Source: Patescibacteria group bacterium (GTDB taxonomy: Bacteria > Patescibacteriota > Minisyncoccia > Phycocordibacterales > Phycocordibacteraceae). From it: DNA of 64,000 bases. Made by a program: the position numbers and the translations under genes. Below are positions 1 to 11,589 of the stretch, one piece after another (the stretch's first letter is position 1; the number at the start of each line of letters is the position of its first letter). The stretch lies in NCBI GenBank assembly GCA_018970425.1, contig JAGWWK010000002.1:72068-136067 (forward strand), read 5' to 3'. The notes beneath the pieces are model-generated. The model was not told the origin of the DNA. It did no database searches and saw nothing but the letters and a program-made list of their open reading frames with translations.

Positions 1-33
1 GCTCTCGCGACCTTTTCAGCGTATACTGAGGAC

Positions 34-104
34 AGCGGGGTGGAGGAGTGGTACCTCACAAGGCTCATAACCTTGGGACCCAGGTTCGAATCCTGGCCCC
101 GCAA
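34..104 (+). tRNA. tRNA-fMet-like (anticodon CAT), probable initiator
   Basis: Cloverleaf read by eye: acceptor AGCGGGG/CCCCGCA, U8, D-stem GAGG/CCTC with A11:U24, anticodon loop CTCATAA, T-loop TTCGAAT. Very close to the E. coli tRNAfMet layout, including a 1:72 mismatch (A1/A72 here). CCA not encoded. Confidence 0.7.
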
Positions 105-154
105 CACGATGTACGCGCCGCGCCTGCGGCGCGTTTTGCTACCCTACCCCGCGG

Positions 155-1009
155 TCACACTCGACGAAACTCTTCAAGTACTTGTTCGTAAAGCTTCATG
201 GTGCGAAACGCCTCGCGTTGCGTAAGTATGAACTGCGATCCGCGCTCCACAACAAAATTATGGATGCGATGCGCCTCCCATGCCTGCGGGAGCGTAACAA
301 ACGCACCCTCAGGAACTGCACGGAGTTGCTCGCTAACAGTCGTTCCCGTATACCCGAGACCTGACAACACATCTCCAAGGAAAGTGTCCGCTGAGCGAAT
401 AGCTTCTTTCCACTGTTTCGGATCTTTGCTCATTGAAAGCGAAAGAAGTTCTTGCCAGCGACTCGCCACGGCCGTACGTGAGCGCGTGTGCGGTACAACG
501 GTGCGGTACTTGCGCCACTCTGTAATGCGTATGATGCAGAGAAGCACTGCGGCGCCAATAATCGCTAGCACGAACACTCCTGAAATAGCGTATGAAATAA
601 ATGAAAACGCACCCCACAACGCGCCGAGGAACCATGCAACTCCAAAAAAAGCTGAAACTACCGGTTGTGGGATAAATCCCGCGATTGCGCTGAAAAATTG
701 CGAGAGAATACTTACTGCACCACCCGCAGTCACTACCCCCTCAGCGCTCGCCGACCCAGCTTGAAACGGCCACAACCACGACCAGAATCCGCTACCCAGA
801 GCGCTCTGTGCCGCACTGACTCCCTCAGGGCTCACCGCTCCACCACCCGAAACTAGAGCGGAACCGCTCACGAGCGGTATACCAGCATCGGTGCACCCTC
901 CACCAATAAGCGAAATGAGCCAGCAGTACACATACTGCCAATTAATGAATGGCACGGGAGGCACAGTTTCGAGAGCCACCTCTGCGATTGCGGCAACGTT
1001 AAGGCTCAT
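155..1009 (-). CDS. hypothetical polytopic membrane protein with a ~110-aa C-terminal soluble domain
   Basis: 284-aa ORF whose 3' end overlaps the gatA stop by 4 nt (co-transcribed). Several hydrophobic segments followed by a charged C-terminal domain. No family recognised. Confidence 0.5.
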   Translation of the reverse strand: MSLNVAAIAEVALETVPPVPFINWQYVYCWLISLIGGGCTDAGIPLVSGSALVSGGGAVSPEGVSAAQSALGSGFWSWLWPFQAGSASAEGVVTAGGAVSILSQFFSAIAGFIPQPVVSAFFGVAWFLGALWGAFSFISYAISGVFVLAIIGAAVLLCIIRITEWRKYRTVVPHTRSRTAVASRWQELLSLSMSKDPKQWKEAIRSADTFLGDVLSGLGYTGTTVSEQLRAVPEGAFVTLPQAWEAHRIHNFVVERGSQFILTQREAFRTMKLYEQVLEEFRRV

Positions 1010-2418
1010 GCTTCGTTTCGAGCCGCGCGCGCGATGTCAAAGAGCGACGCGTCCATTCTACGCGGAGCCATAAATTGAATACCTAAAGGAAGCTCAACAC
1101 CGTCACGTTCTACATGTCCCATCGGTACGGAAATCGCCGGCATACCGGCAAGATTCGCAGGAGCAGAAAAGATATCCTCGAGGTACATAGACACAGGATC
1201 AGACTTCTCACCGAGCTTAAACGCCGGTCCAGGAGCGGTAGGCGTCGCAATAAATGATACCGACTCGAACGCGCGTGCCAAATCAGCCGCTACCTGCGCT
1301 CGCAGGACTGTAGCTTTTCGGTAATACGCATCACAGTATCCGGATGAGAGGACGTGGGTGCCGAGTATGATTCGCCGCCGCGTTTCAGGGCCGAAACCGG
1401 CGGCACGCGAGCGCTCGTAGTCTTCGCGGAGGGTCGCGCCGTCTACATGGAGACCGTACCGCATACCATCAAGTCGCGCGAGATTAGTTGAGACTTCCGC
1501 GGGCATAATTATGTAGTACGCGGGAAGCGCAAGTGGTGCGCTCTCTAACTCTATATCGACTATGTCGTATCCTTCGGAAGCGAGCTCGGCGAGCTTCTTT
1601 TCAAAAACGAGTCTCGTCTCTGACTGCGCATCAGCGACGAATGCACGCGGAACACCAATGCGCTTCGTTCGCGGAGGAGTAGTATCAAACGCAGGTAGCG
1701 TTGTTCCGTCGAGCGGGTCCGCACCTCGAATCGCATTAAACACGAGCTCCGCGTCACGAACCGTGCGCGCGAAGGGGCCAATTTGGTCAAGCGAGGAACC
1801 CATCGCGATTAAGCCTGATCTCGATACTGCACCATAGGTCGGTTTAAAACCGACGATGCCGCACAGAGAAGCTGGCTGACGTATTGAACCGCAGGTCTCA
1901 GAGCCAAGTGCGAGCGGCGCGAGGTGCGCCGCAACAGCCGCAGCCGATCCGCCTGACGAGCCGCCAGGGACACGTGTTTCATCATGCGGATTTTTTGTGG
2001 GACCGAATGCCGAATGCTCGGTTGAGGAACCCATGGCAAACTCGTCCATGTTCGTGCGCCCAAGGAATACCGCGTGCGCGGCTCGTAACTTCGTTATAGC
2101 AGTCGCATCATAGGTTGCTACGTAGTGCTCAAGCATCTTTGATGCAGCGCTCACACGCTTTCCCTGTATCAAAATATTATCTTTTATCGCGATAGGTACG
2201 CCGCAGAGGGGATGCGCTTCAGTACCCTTTTCCGCGAGTACGCGGTCAGCCTCACGCGCAGCATCTTCGGCGTCTGCGAACACTTCAATGTACGCGTTCA
2301 GAGCAGGGTTTAGCTCAGCGATGCGAGCAAGATGCGCGCGGGTAACCTCAAGCGCGCTGAATGTTTTGTCGCGAAGACCGCGCGCGATCTCAGCGGCAGA
2401 TTGATCAGTGATGTTCAT
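1006..2418 (-). CDS. gatA: Glu-tRNA(Gln)/Asp-tRNA(Asn) amidotransferase subunit A
   Basis: 470 aa. Amidase-signature Gly/Ser-rich motif GGSSGGSAAAVAA and overall GatA-like sequence. Start overlaps gatC by 4 nt. Confidence 0.9.
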   Translation of the reverse strand: MNITDQSAAEIARGLRDKTFSALEVTRAHLARIAELNPALNAYIEVFADAEDAAREADRVLAEKGTEAHPLCGVPIAIKDNILIQGKRVSAASKMLEHYVATYDATAITKLRAAHAVFLGRTNMDEFAMGSSTEHSAFGPTKNPHDETRVPGGSSGGSAAAVAAHLAPLALGSETCGSIRQPASLCGIVGFKPTYGAVSRSGLIAMGSSLDQIGPFARTVRDAELVFNAIRGADPLDGTTLPAFDTTPPRTKRIGVPRAFVADAQSETRLVFEKKLAELASEGYDIVDIELESAPLALPAYYIIMPAEVSTNLARLDGMRYGLHVDGATLREDYERSRAAGFGPETRRRIILGTHVLSSGYCDAYYRKATVLRAQVAADLARAFESVSFIATPTAPGPAFKLGEKSDPVSMYLEDIFSAPANLAGMPAISVPMGHVERDGVELPLGIQFMAPRRMDASLFDIARAARNEA

Positions 2419-2714
2419 GGCGAGCCGATTATTTTTTTGACGCGCAGGTACCCGTCTTCGGCATCTGGGAATTGTGCCGTGATCTCGGCAGTATGCGCGC
2501 CTGACTCGTGTGTAACTCGGTCCTCGCGTAGCACATTTATAAGATCCGTATGTGGCACTCGTGATGCGGCATCAGGAAGAGAAACGGAGGCAACAGCCTC
2601 AATGTAGTTTACTATTGAGTCAAGCTCGCCGCGTAAGGTTTCTACCTCCTGATCAGAGAGCGAGAGTCGACTGAGCTCCGCGAGTTTTTTGACTTCATCA
2701 ACTGAAACCGCCAT
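2415..2714 (-). CDS. gatC: aspartyl/glutamyl-tRNA amidotransferase subunit C
   Basis: Small protein MAVSVDEVKKLAELSRLSL..., typical GatC N-terminus. ORF extends to 2750, but the ATG at 2714 fits GatC length better. Confidence 0.8.
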   Translation of the reverse strand: MAVSVDEVKKLAELSRLSLSDQEVETLRGELDSIVNYIEAVASVSLPDAASRVPHTDLINVLREDRVTHESGAHTAEITAQFPDAEDGYLRVKKIIGSP

Positions 2715-2761
2715 ACGCATGATTCTACCATTGATGGGCGTTTCGGCCACCTCTCAATCAG

Positions 2762-4771
<2,010 letters not shown>

Positions 4772-5260
4772 CTAGTAGGTCACGCGGATGGCGCGCTCCA
4801 GGCGCAGCGGGTCGCTTACCGTGCAGGTGTTGCGGCCGAATGATTCGATCACTGTCTGCTTCGGCTCTGAACGCGTGACGCGTACATCAGTGCACTGCTC
4901 CTTCGGCACCCCTCCGGTACGGACCGTAAATGTAGTCACATAGGTCGTCCCGGTAAGCGCGCGAGCAAGCGTAGATGTTGCTCGGCCGCAGGGTAGCTCC
5001 GCAACTTGTGACGATGTCGCAAACGCATCGAGCTGCGCATCGGCCCAGAGCGCACACTCAACACCAGAGTCCGCCGCGTAGAACGCGAACTGTGATTCCC
5101 TTCCTGAAAACGAAAGGGCAACTTCTTTAGTCGTGAAGTTATAGATTTCGTAGCCGATCGTTAAGAGAATACTTGCGATAAGCACTGACAGAAGAAGTGT
5201 GAATCCTCTCCGTGCACCATATCGTTTTCGATTCGTTTGAACGTTGTGCATCATAGCCAA
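4772..5260 (-). CDS. minor pilin/pseudopilin-like protein (prepilin-type N-terminus without Glu5)
   Basis: N-terminus RRGFTLLLSVLIASILL resembles a class III signal peptide but has Leu/Ser where the conserved Glu5 is expected. Overlaps the next pseudopilin gene by 10 nt. Confidence 0.5.
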   Translation of the reverse strand: MAMMHNVQTNRKRYGARRGFTLLLSVLIASILLTIGYEIYNFTTKEVALSFSGRESQFAFYAADSGVECALWADAQLDAFATSSQVAELPCGRATSTLARALTGTTYVTTFTVRTGGVPKEQCTDVRVTRSEPKQTVIESFGRNTCTVSDPLRLERAIRVTY

Positions 5261-5799
5261 TCGAGTATGCGCTCTTCAAGTATAAATTCTCGTGATACGC
5301 CCGATGATCGCCATGAGACGCGTACTGTAATAATCCGCTCATCCGGATTTTCTGCATCCGCAGTGATGCGTACGGTCCGAGTAAAGGGAGACTGATCACC
5401 GGTTGCGTGATTAAAGAGTTTACCGATTTGAGACACGCGAAGCGGTTCACACGCGGTCACGCAGGGAGCGTAGGTAAAGGTGGTGAAGTCTACGGTACAG
5501 TCTGTCTGCGTGCATGCCTCCTCAATGCCTTGTAGCCAGGGAGTACCGCGTAAATAGTTCTCATCGCGCACTGCTCGCACAAACTCTACACCCTCCTGCG
5601 CAAGGTAAAACGCAGTCACCTGATCTCGCGCATAGTATGCGCTTCGTAGCGACTGCTGCGCTATAGCGAATGGTCCAAGAAGCGCCATAAGCAGAACCGC
5701 GACCGCAACCAAAGTCTCAAGGAGCGTGAACGCGCGCACCTGCCCCGCTCTATGAAACGCGTACTGTTTCAAGGTGACTTGGTGTGGTGTAGATCTCAT
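5251..5799 (-). CDS. pseudopilin / minor type IV pilin
   Basis: N-terminal RAFTLLETLVAVAVLLMAL (prepilin peptidase-type motif, Ala at -1) followed by a hydrophobic helix. 4-nt overlap with the upstream gene. Confidence 0.6.
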   Translation of the reverse strand: MRSTPHQVTLKQYAFHRAGQVRAFTLLETLVAVAVLLMALLGPFAIAQQSLRSAYYARDQVTAFYLAQEGVEFVRAVRDENYLRGTPWLQGIEEACTQTDCTVDFTTFTYAPCVTACEPLRVSQIGKLFNHATGDQSPFTRTVRITADAENPDERIITVRVSWRSSGVSREFILEERILDWL

Positions 5800-6440
5800 A
5801 TATCAAGAAGCCTTTGCGTTACTGCTGACTGGACGGAGAATTGCGTAGCACCTCCCTGCACTTCGGCCGTTCCGCGGATAGAAATGAGTATGCGCGGCTG
5901 CGCGGTGTTGCCGCCAAGTAAGGGATCAGTACCTGTCACATAAAAGCGAAAATCAGTTATTTCAACCTCGGGCGCAGTGACCGCCACCCAGGCACCATTT
6001 TTTGTGCCGTTAGCGCATGTTTGCGCAAGACCTGAGCAGAGTGAACGCTCGATCTGGGTGCCATTTAAACGATACACGGTTTGGTCGTTCGGGTCATCTA
6101 TCGAACCACCCGATGACTCAAACGCGATGAGTAATCCGCCGTTTGGACAATCACGCGGGAATTGGAGAACGGTCGGTGACGGGGCAACCGCGCTGTCAGA
6201 ACAAAAGTAGGAAGAGCCGACGCGCGCGGAGCGAGATATCTGCTCGACCGCAGCATTCACATTGTTCATAACTGAGTTGATCGCCTGCGCTCGCGCATTG
6301 ACCGCAACCATACTGAGGAGCGCGCCAACGCCGACCATCATGACAATTGAGAAAATTGACACCGCAACCATGAGCTCAATAAGTGTGAAGCCGCGCGGGC
6401 TGTACGGCACCATCTGTTGTGATCGTAGTGAGTACTTCAT
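5796..6440 (-). CDS. pseudopilin / minor type IV pilin
   Basis: N-terminal PRGFTLIELMVAVSIFSIV class III signal peptide. 4-nt overlaps on both sides. Confidence 0.65.
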   Translation of the reverse strand: MKYSLRSQQMVPYSPRGFTLIELMVAVSIFSIVMMVGVGALLSMVAVNARAQAINSVMNNVNAAVEQISRSARVGSSYFCSDSAVAPSPTVLQFPRDCPNGGLLIAFESSGGSIDDPNDQTVYRLNGTQIERSLCSGLAQTCANGTKNGAWVAVTAPEVEITDFRFYVTGTDPLLGGNTAQPRILISIRGTAEVQGGATQFSVQSAVTQRLLDI

Positions 6441-7003
6441 GGTTTCTGAACGGAAATCTGTCCGGTCGATTGCACGGAAATCGTGCGCGTTTCTCCTGAG
6501 CGAGATTGAATAGTTATCTTCGCGCTTGAGAATGCTTTTGGATCTGAGCCGGTGATGGTTGCGTCAGGGTTCGGGCGCAGAAACGCAATATCAAGATGCT
6601 CAAGGGCAGTTGAACTGCGAGAACATTCGACACCTTGGTCTACGCGAGTGCCGCACAGGTTCGAAACGGTAAAGCCACGCCCGAGCGTGTACTGTCGCAC
6701 GACCTGGTCTACGCCCGCGTCATATCGGCGATTACGCACCGGGTCGGTATCCGCAAATAGTATGTACTCAGTCGGAGAAGCGAAGTGAACGCCATACCCT
6801 ACTTGAAACTCTCCGGCAAATGCTTGCGTCGAGAGGCCGTACACTTGCGCCTCGCGGATGGTGAGCGCGATGTCGTACGCGGCGTTTCCAAGAAGCACCG
6901 AGGAATTGAATTGATTGTTGTTTGCAAGCACTATGCCAGTGATAACAGTGAGAATACTCACACTCACGAGAAGTTCAATTAGCGAAAAGGCACGCGTCAC
7001 CAT
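6437..7003 (-). CDS. pseudopilin / minor type IV pilin
   Basis: N-terminal TRAFSLIELLVSVSILTVITGIVL. 7-nt overlap with pilD. Confidence 0.6.
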   Translation of the reverse strand: MVTRAFSLIELLVSVSILTVITGIVLANNNQFNSSVLLGNAAYDIALTIREAQVYGLSTQAFAGEFQVGYGVHFASPTEYILFADTDPVRNRRYDAGVDQVVRQYTLGRGFTVSNLCGTRVDQGVECSRSSTALEHLDIAFLRPNPDATITGSDPKAFSSAKITIQSRSGETRTISVQSTGQISVQKP

Positions 7004-7818
7004 AGAGGTAGTGAGATACCGAACGCACTCAGCCCGAGACTAAACTCCCATGCAATGAGAGCTCCGAGCGCGAGAAAAGGTGCGAACGGTATCTCTGACT
7101 GCAGTGTAACGCGCGCACCTCCGGTACCCAGCGCACTACGCTGGAAAACTGATTGCACCACGATAAGCGTGAGTCCGACCACGGTACCGATCCAGACTGC
7201 AAGCATAGATGCAATCACTCCTTGTTCTAAGCCAAGCATCATACCGATTACTGCCGCAACGTACGCGTCGCCAATCCCCATTCCACGACCGCGCGTGATC
7301 GCAACAAGAAGTGCGAAAAAACCGCCGCACACTGCCGCTCCGATGAGCGCTTCAGAAATCGGCACACTCAGTGCGTATGATCGTGCCACTGCGGCGCCGA
7401 ACGCGAGTGCTGCGAGCACGCCAATGAGTGGCAGCGGCATCAACGTATGGCGGATATCGTAGACAACAAGCGCTAATAGGACGACCCAGAAAAGTGCGGT
7501 CAGCGCAAACACGACTTCAAGCCCCAAAGACAATGCCCCCATATGAAGATACGAGAGCACGAAGAGTATACCCGATCCCAGTTCAACCAAGGGGTACTGC
7601 GCTGAAATCCCGCTACCACAGCGTCTACACCTACCACCCAGAAGTACATAGGAGACAAGCGGAATAAGATCGTACGCGCCGAGTGTCCCATTACACGCCA
7701 TGCACGCACTCCGTGGCGCATCATGCTCACGAAAGCCGTACCGAAAAATGAAGACGTTGAGGAAACTACCGACGCAGGCGCCGAGCACAAAGACAAGTGC
7801 AAGAACGCCTAGTTCCAT
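6997..7818 (-). CDS. pilD: prepilin peptidase (A24 family)
   Basis: 273 aa, polytopic. N-terminal zinc-binding CxxC...CRRCGSGIS region, then DUF/peptidase A24-like membrane domain. Confidence 0.85.
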   Translation of the reverse strand: MELGVLALVFVLGACVGSFLNVFIFRYGFREHDAPRSACMACNGTLGAYDLIPLVSYVLLGGRCRRCGSGISAQYPLVELGSGILFVLSYLHMGALSLGLEVVFALTALFWVVLLALVVYDIRHTLMPLPLIGVLAALAFGAAVARSYALSVPISEALIGAAVCGGFFALLVAITRGRGMGIGDAYVAAVIGMMLGLEQGVIASMLAVWIGTVVGLTLIVVQSVFQRSALGTGGARVTLQSEIPFAPFLALGALIAWEFSLGLSAFGISLPLW

Positions 7819-7821
7819 GCG

Positions 7822-8301
7822 TTATGGAACAACGTCGTAGCAGGCGCGTCCTGAGGTACTACCGCCCCCACAGTCTGAAGGTGAGGAACTTGAGCCATCA
7901 GCGCCGTTAATGACTGTACTCGCCAGATCACGATCAGACCTAAGCGCCGGATGAGACCACTCTTCAAGGTTTGCGCCAAGGTGATAGCTTGCGCCACCCG
8001 TCAGCGTGCCATAGAAATAGTTTGTCGGTGTACCCGAAAGAGGAGCTGGGTCAGCAGGAAGCACAGGAATCATGTTGTCCGTAACAAGAGCACTCAATGA
8101 AGCTGGGTACGTTTGATACTTATCAAAATAAAACTGGAGCGCAAGCTGGAGCTGTTTAATGTCTGCCACACGTTTCGCGTCACGGCCTTTTACACGCGCT
8201 GAGTTGAGCGATGTCAGCACAACTGCGGAAAGAATACCGATGATTGCAATTACGACGAGAAGTTCAATCAGTGTGAACCCGCGCGAAGTTGTATGTTTCA
8301 T
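7822..8301 (-). CDS. type IV pilin (major pilin candidate)
   Basis: MKHTTSRGFTLIELLVVIAIIGILSAVVL... canonical prepilin leader plus N-terminal helix. C-terminal region with a Cys pair. Confidence 0.8.
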   Translation of the reverse strand: MKHTTSRGFTLIELLVVIAIIGILSAVVLTSLNSARVKGRDAKRVADIKQLQLALQFYFDKYQTYPASLSALVTDNMIPVLPADPAPLSGTPTNYFYGTLTGGASYHLGANLEEWSHPALRSDRDLASTVINGADGSSSSPSDCGGGSTSGRACYDVVP

Positions 8302-8363
8302 ACGTTCATCGTAACGCGAAAATCCCCACCCCGCGTGCGGGATGGGGATTTTGTACGGGTCTA

Positions 8364-8834
8364 CTATGGCCTAAGGTTATAGCAGAACCGACCTGTCGTG
8401 GAACCGGAGCAGGGACCGGTGTCCGCGGTGTTTACACAGGCCGTAGCGCCAGTGAGCGCAACGTCAACATCGGAGTTGAGTGCTGCATTCGTACCTTCTT
8501 CGAGGTTAGCGCAGAGTGCATATGACTGACCGCCTGAGGCAAGGTCGTACCCATACGGGACCGCAGTACCAACCGGATCGTTAGGGACCGTTGCGATGTA
8601 CGCTGTGGTGAGCGCGCTCAACGTCGCAGGGTATGCGTTATTCGCATCATAGAAGAGCTGAAGCGCAAGCTGGAGCTGTTTAAGGTCAGCAACACGGCGC
8701 GCATCGCGACTCTTCACGCGTGCTGTATTGAGCGACGCGAGAACGACCGCGGAGAGGATACCAATAATGGCAATCACGACGAGGAGCTCAATGAGCGTAA
8801 AGCCTCGAGGCGATTTTCGTAGTTGTATGAACAT
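8364..8834 (-). CDS. type IV pilin paralog
   Basis: MFIQLRKSPRGFTLIELLVVIAIIGILSAVVLASLN..., near-identical N-terminus to the 7822..8301 pilin. ORF extends to 8957, but the ATG at 8834 gives a normal leader length. Confidence 0.8.
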   Translation of the reverse strand: MFIQLRKSPRGFTLIELLVVIAIIGILSAVVLASLNTARVKSRDARRVADLKQLQLALQLFYDANNAYPATLSALTTAYIATVPNDPVGTAVPYGYDLASGGQSYALCANLEEGTNAALNSDVDVALTGATACVNTADTGPCSGSTTGRFCYNLRP

Positions 8835-8922
8835 TTCGTTACTAATAGGTAAATAATGACCATCGCGGTCAGGCTCATTGTAGCCCCTCAGTGCGTGCCT
8901 GGCGAGTCTCGTGTGGAAAAAG

Positions 8923-10131
8923 CTAGATAGCCGAAGAGATGTTGTAGATCGGCACAAGGACCGATGTGAGAAGAATGCCGACGCCGAGGCCGAGTGTCAC
9001 AATCATAAACGGCTCAATGAGGTCAACCAGCGTGTCGACCGAGTTTGAAACTTCGCGGTTATAGAATTTTGCGAGCGTTTTAAGTATTGCGCCCATCTCG
9101 CCGGTTTCCTCACCCACGCGTATCATGGCCGTCATGATGCCCGGCACCTCGGGGTGCGTCTCGAGCGTAGCGGATATAGCGCCGCCCCCTTTGACGTTAG
9201 CCGCGACATCTGCAAGGATCGGCTCATACACTGCACTTCCAACAACCGAGCTTGTAATTTCAACCGCCTGCACCACTGCGATACCGGACGTGAGCATCGT
9301 CGACATATTGTCGGCAATGCGCGCGAGGTAGAGCTTTCTCACCAGGTCGCCGATGTAAGGGATAGAGAGCACGAATCGGTCAAACGCAAGGCGACCCATT
9401 TGCGTGCGCGAGTATCTGAAGAGAAACACTCCTCCCACTACGAGCGCAATCAAAAGGAGTACGCCGTAGTTCACAAAAAAGTTGCTGAGCCCGATGACCG
9501 CGCGCGTGTAAATAGGAATCTCCTGTCCCGAGTCAATCAATATCTGCGAGATGTTCGGAATTACAAACGTCATCATGAGGATCATGACGACGATAAACGT
9601 TGAAATTACAAACGCTGGGTAAATGAGTGCGTTCCGCGCTTTCGATGAAATCTCGTATGAGCGGTCTAGGTAATCTGCAAGATAAACGAACGTCTCATCA
9701 AGTTTTCCTGCCTCTTCTCCTGCGCGAACCATATTCACGTAAAAGCGCGAAAAAATCTTAGGATGCTTTTCAAGTGACTTCGATATCGACAACCCGCCCT
9801 GAATATCATCTGCGATGGCAGTGAGCGTAGTGCGCAAAAGAGGCTTATCCGCCTCGGTAGCAAGTAGTCTGAAAATGCGAAGCGCGGATACTTGCGCCTC
9901 AAAGAGCGTAGATATTTCGCGCGATAAAAGTACGATGTCCCTTGTTGCAACCGTATCAAAAATTTTGAGAGATACAGAAAATCCTGCCCCCTCTTCAGTC
10001 GCCTCCTCTACCGCGGTAACGGAAAGGCCGCGCCGCTGGAGTGACGTGATAGCGACATCTCGAGAAACGGCATCAATAGTGCCGCTCTGCCGCGCGCCAT
10101 TTTGGTCGATTGCTTCGTAGGAAAAGAGCAT
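8923..10131 (-). CDS. pilC: type IV pilus inner-membrane platform protein (GspF/PilC family)
   Basis: 402 aa. Two T2SS-F-like repeats and three TM segments. Sits between pilT and the pilin genes. Confidence 0.85.
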   Translation of the reverse strand: MLFSYEAIDQNGARQSGTIDAVSRDVAITSLQRRGLSVTAVEEATEEGAGFSVSLKIFDTVATRDIVLLSREISTLFEAQVSALRIFRLLATEADKPLLRTTLTAIADDIQGGLSISKSLEKHPKIFSRFYVNMVRAGEEAGKLDETFVYLADYLDRSYEISSKARNALIYPAFVISTFIVVMILMMTFVIPNISQILIDSGQEIPIYTRAVIGLSNFFVNYGVLLLIALVVGGVFLFRYSRTQMGRLAFDRFVLSIPYIGDLVRKLYLARIADNMSTMLTSGIAVVQAVEITSSVVGSAVYEPILADVAANVKGGGAISATLETHPEVPGIMTAMIRVGEETGEMGAILKTLAKFYNREVSNSVDTLVDLIEPFMIVTLGLGVGILLTSVLVPIYNISSAI

Positions 10132-10134
10132 AGA

Positions 10135-11202
10135 TTAAATAAGTCGCATAAAGGTCTTTGGATTCAGCGATCGCGCAATAGCCACCTCAGGCGTCACCTC
10201 ACCCCGGCGTACGAGCTCTGCGAGTGTTCTATTCATATCTATCATGCCGAGCTCTGAACCGGTCTCAATGACCGCATTAATCTCGTGCGTCCGACGCTCG
10301 CGAATGAGGTTCGACACCGCTTCGGTATTTATTAGTAACTCGTACGCAGGTACCAGACCTCCTGAAATTCGCGGCACCAGCCGCTGCGAGAAGATGCCTG
10401 CCAACGAGGATGCGAGCTGCAAGCGGATCTGATCTTGCTGCGTTGACGGAAACGTATCAATAATGCGGTCAATAGTCTGCGCAGCATTATTTGTGTGGAG
10501 CGTGGAGAGCACCAAGTGTCCAGTTTCTGCGGCTGTAACCGCAGCCGACATGGTCTCGGGACCGCGCATTTCACCCACCATGACCACATCGACGTCCTGC
10601 CTGAATGCCGAGAGGAGCGCTGACTGGAATGTGTGCGTGTCAATCTTCACCTCGCGCTGGTTGATCACGGAGTTCTTGCTCTCAAATGTATACTCGATCG
10701 GATCTTCAATCGTGAGGATGTGCTCGGTACGATCCTGATTGATTTTCTCAATCATTGCAGCAAGCGTTGTCGACTTGCCTTGTCCGACTGGCCCCACGAC
10801 AAGAAAGAAACCTTGCTGGAGCTGCGTAAATGTCTCAAGAATGGGGGGCAAATTAAGTTCAGCAAACGTCTTGATCTGTTTCGGAATGAGCCGTAGAGCT
10901 ATTGAAACACTACCCTGCTGTATAAATGCATTCCCTCGGAAGCGTGCTGCAGTTTTGTATGAGTATGAAAAGTCGAGCTCCTGCGCATCGTCAAACTCCG
11001 CGAGTTTGACTGCACCAACAAGCGCGGCAAGAATGCCTCGCGTATCTTCCGGTGTATACTCTGGTTTTTTAACGAGCGGTATCAAGTTGCCTGAGACGCG
11101 AAGTATGGGCCTTGAGTGGGCAGAAAAATGGAGGTCAGACGCGCCTTCAGCAATCACCGTCTGCAGAAGTTCATCGAGTTCTTTTTGATAGTCGAGTGCC
11201 AT
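10135..11202 (-). CDS. pilT: twitching-motility retraction ATPase
   Basis: 355 aa. Walker A GPVGQGKSTT, Asp box, His box. PilT-like length, lacking the GspE N-domain. Confidence 0.85.
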   Translation of the reverse strand: MALDYQKELDELLQTVIAEGASDLHFSAHSRPILRVSGNLIPLVKKPEYTPEDTRGILAALVGAVKLAEFDDAQELDFSYSYKTAARFRGNAFIQQGSVSIALRLIPKQIKTFAELNLPPILETFTQLQQGFFLVVGPVGQGKSTTLAAMIEKINQDRTEHILTIEDPIEYTFESKNSVINQREVKIDTHTFQSALLSAFRQDVDVVMVGEMRGPETMSAAVTAAETGHLVLSTLHTNNAAQTIDRIIDTFPSTQQDQIRLQLASSLAGIFSQRLVPRISGGLVPAYELLINTEAVSNLIRERRTHEINAVIETGSELGMIDMNRTLAELVRRGEVTPEVAIARSLNPKTFMRLI

Positions 11203-11207
11203 ACCGG

Positions 11208-11588
11208 TTATGAGGCGCAGAGCGCGCGAACTTTCTCACATATCTCCGAGGGAATCGCGCTTGATTTAATAATGTACTCTTTGACACCGAGTTGGTTCGC
11301 GCGTGCTACCTCCTCTTCCTGACTCTGGTTTGTGAGCACCACAAGTGTTGCGCCACCAGCGAGTTGCTCGCGCTTCAGTGCCTCGAGAAAGTCGAATCCG
11401 GACATCTTCGGCATGATGATGTCGACCATGATGAGGTCCGGACGCGCGCCGGCGCGGAGCTTTTCAAGCGCAAGCGTTGCATCTGGTATAGCTTCTACCG
11501 GAAGGCCATACTCCTGAAACTTGAGCGCGTAGATCTCAAGGAGAAGCGTGTCGTCATCAATGATGTAAATCAGTTTTCCTGTAGGCAT
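11208..11588 (-). CDS. single-domain response regulator (CheY/PilH-like receiver)
   Basis: 126 aa. Acidic pocket DDD, phospho-acceptor Asp in LIMVDIIMP, conserved T/K positions. Embedded between pilB and pilT. Confidence 0.8.
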   Translation of the reverse strand: MPTGKLIYIIDDDTLLLEIYALKFQEYGLPVEAIPDATLALEKLRAGARPDLIMVDIIMPKMSGFDFLEALKREQLAGGATLVVLTNQSQEEEVARANQLGVKEYIIKSSAIPSEICEKVRALCAS

Positions 11589-11589
11589 A

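Noticed and set aside
40-225. 61-aa ORF on the plus strand at the window start
   Set aside because: It overlaps the tRNA at 34..104 and the convergent 155..1009 gene, so it is spurious.
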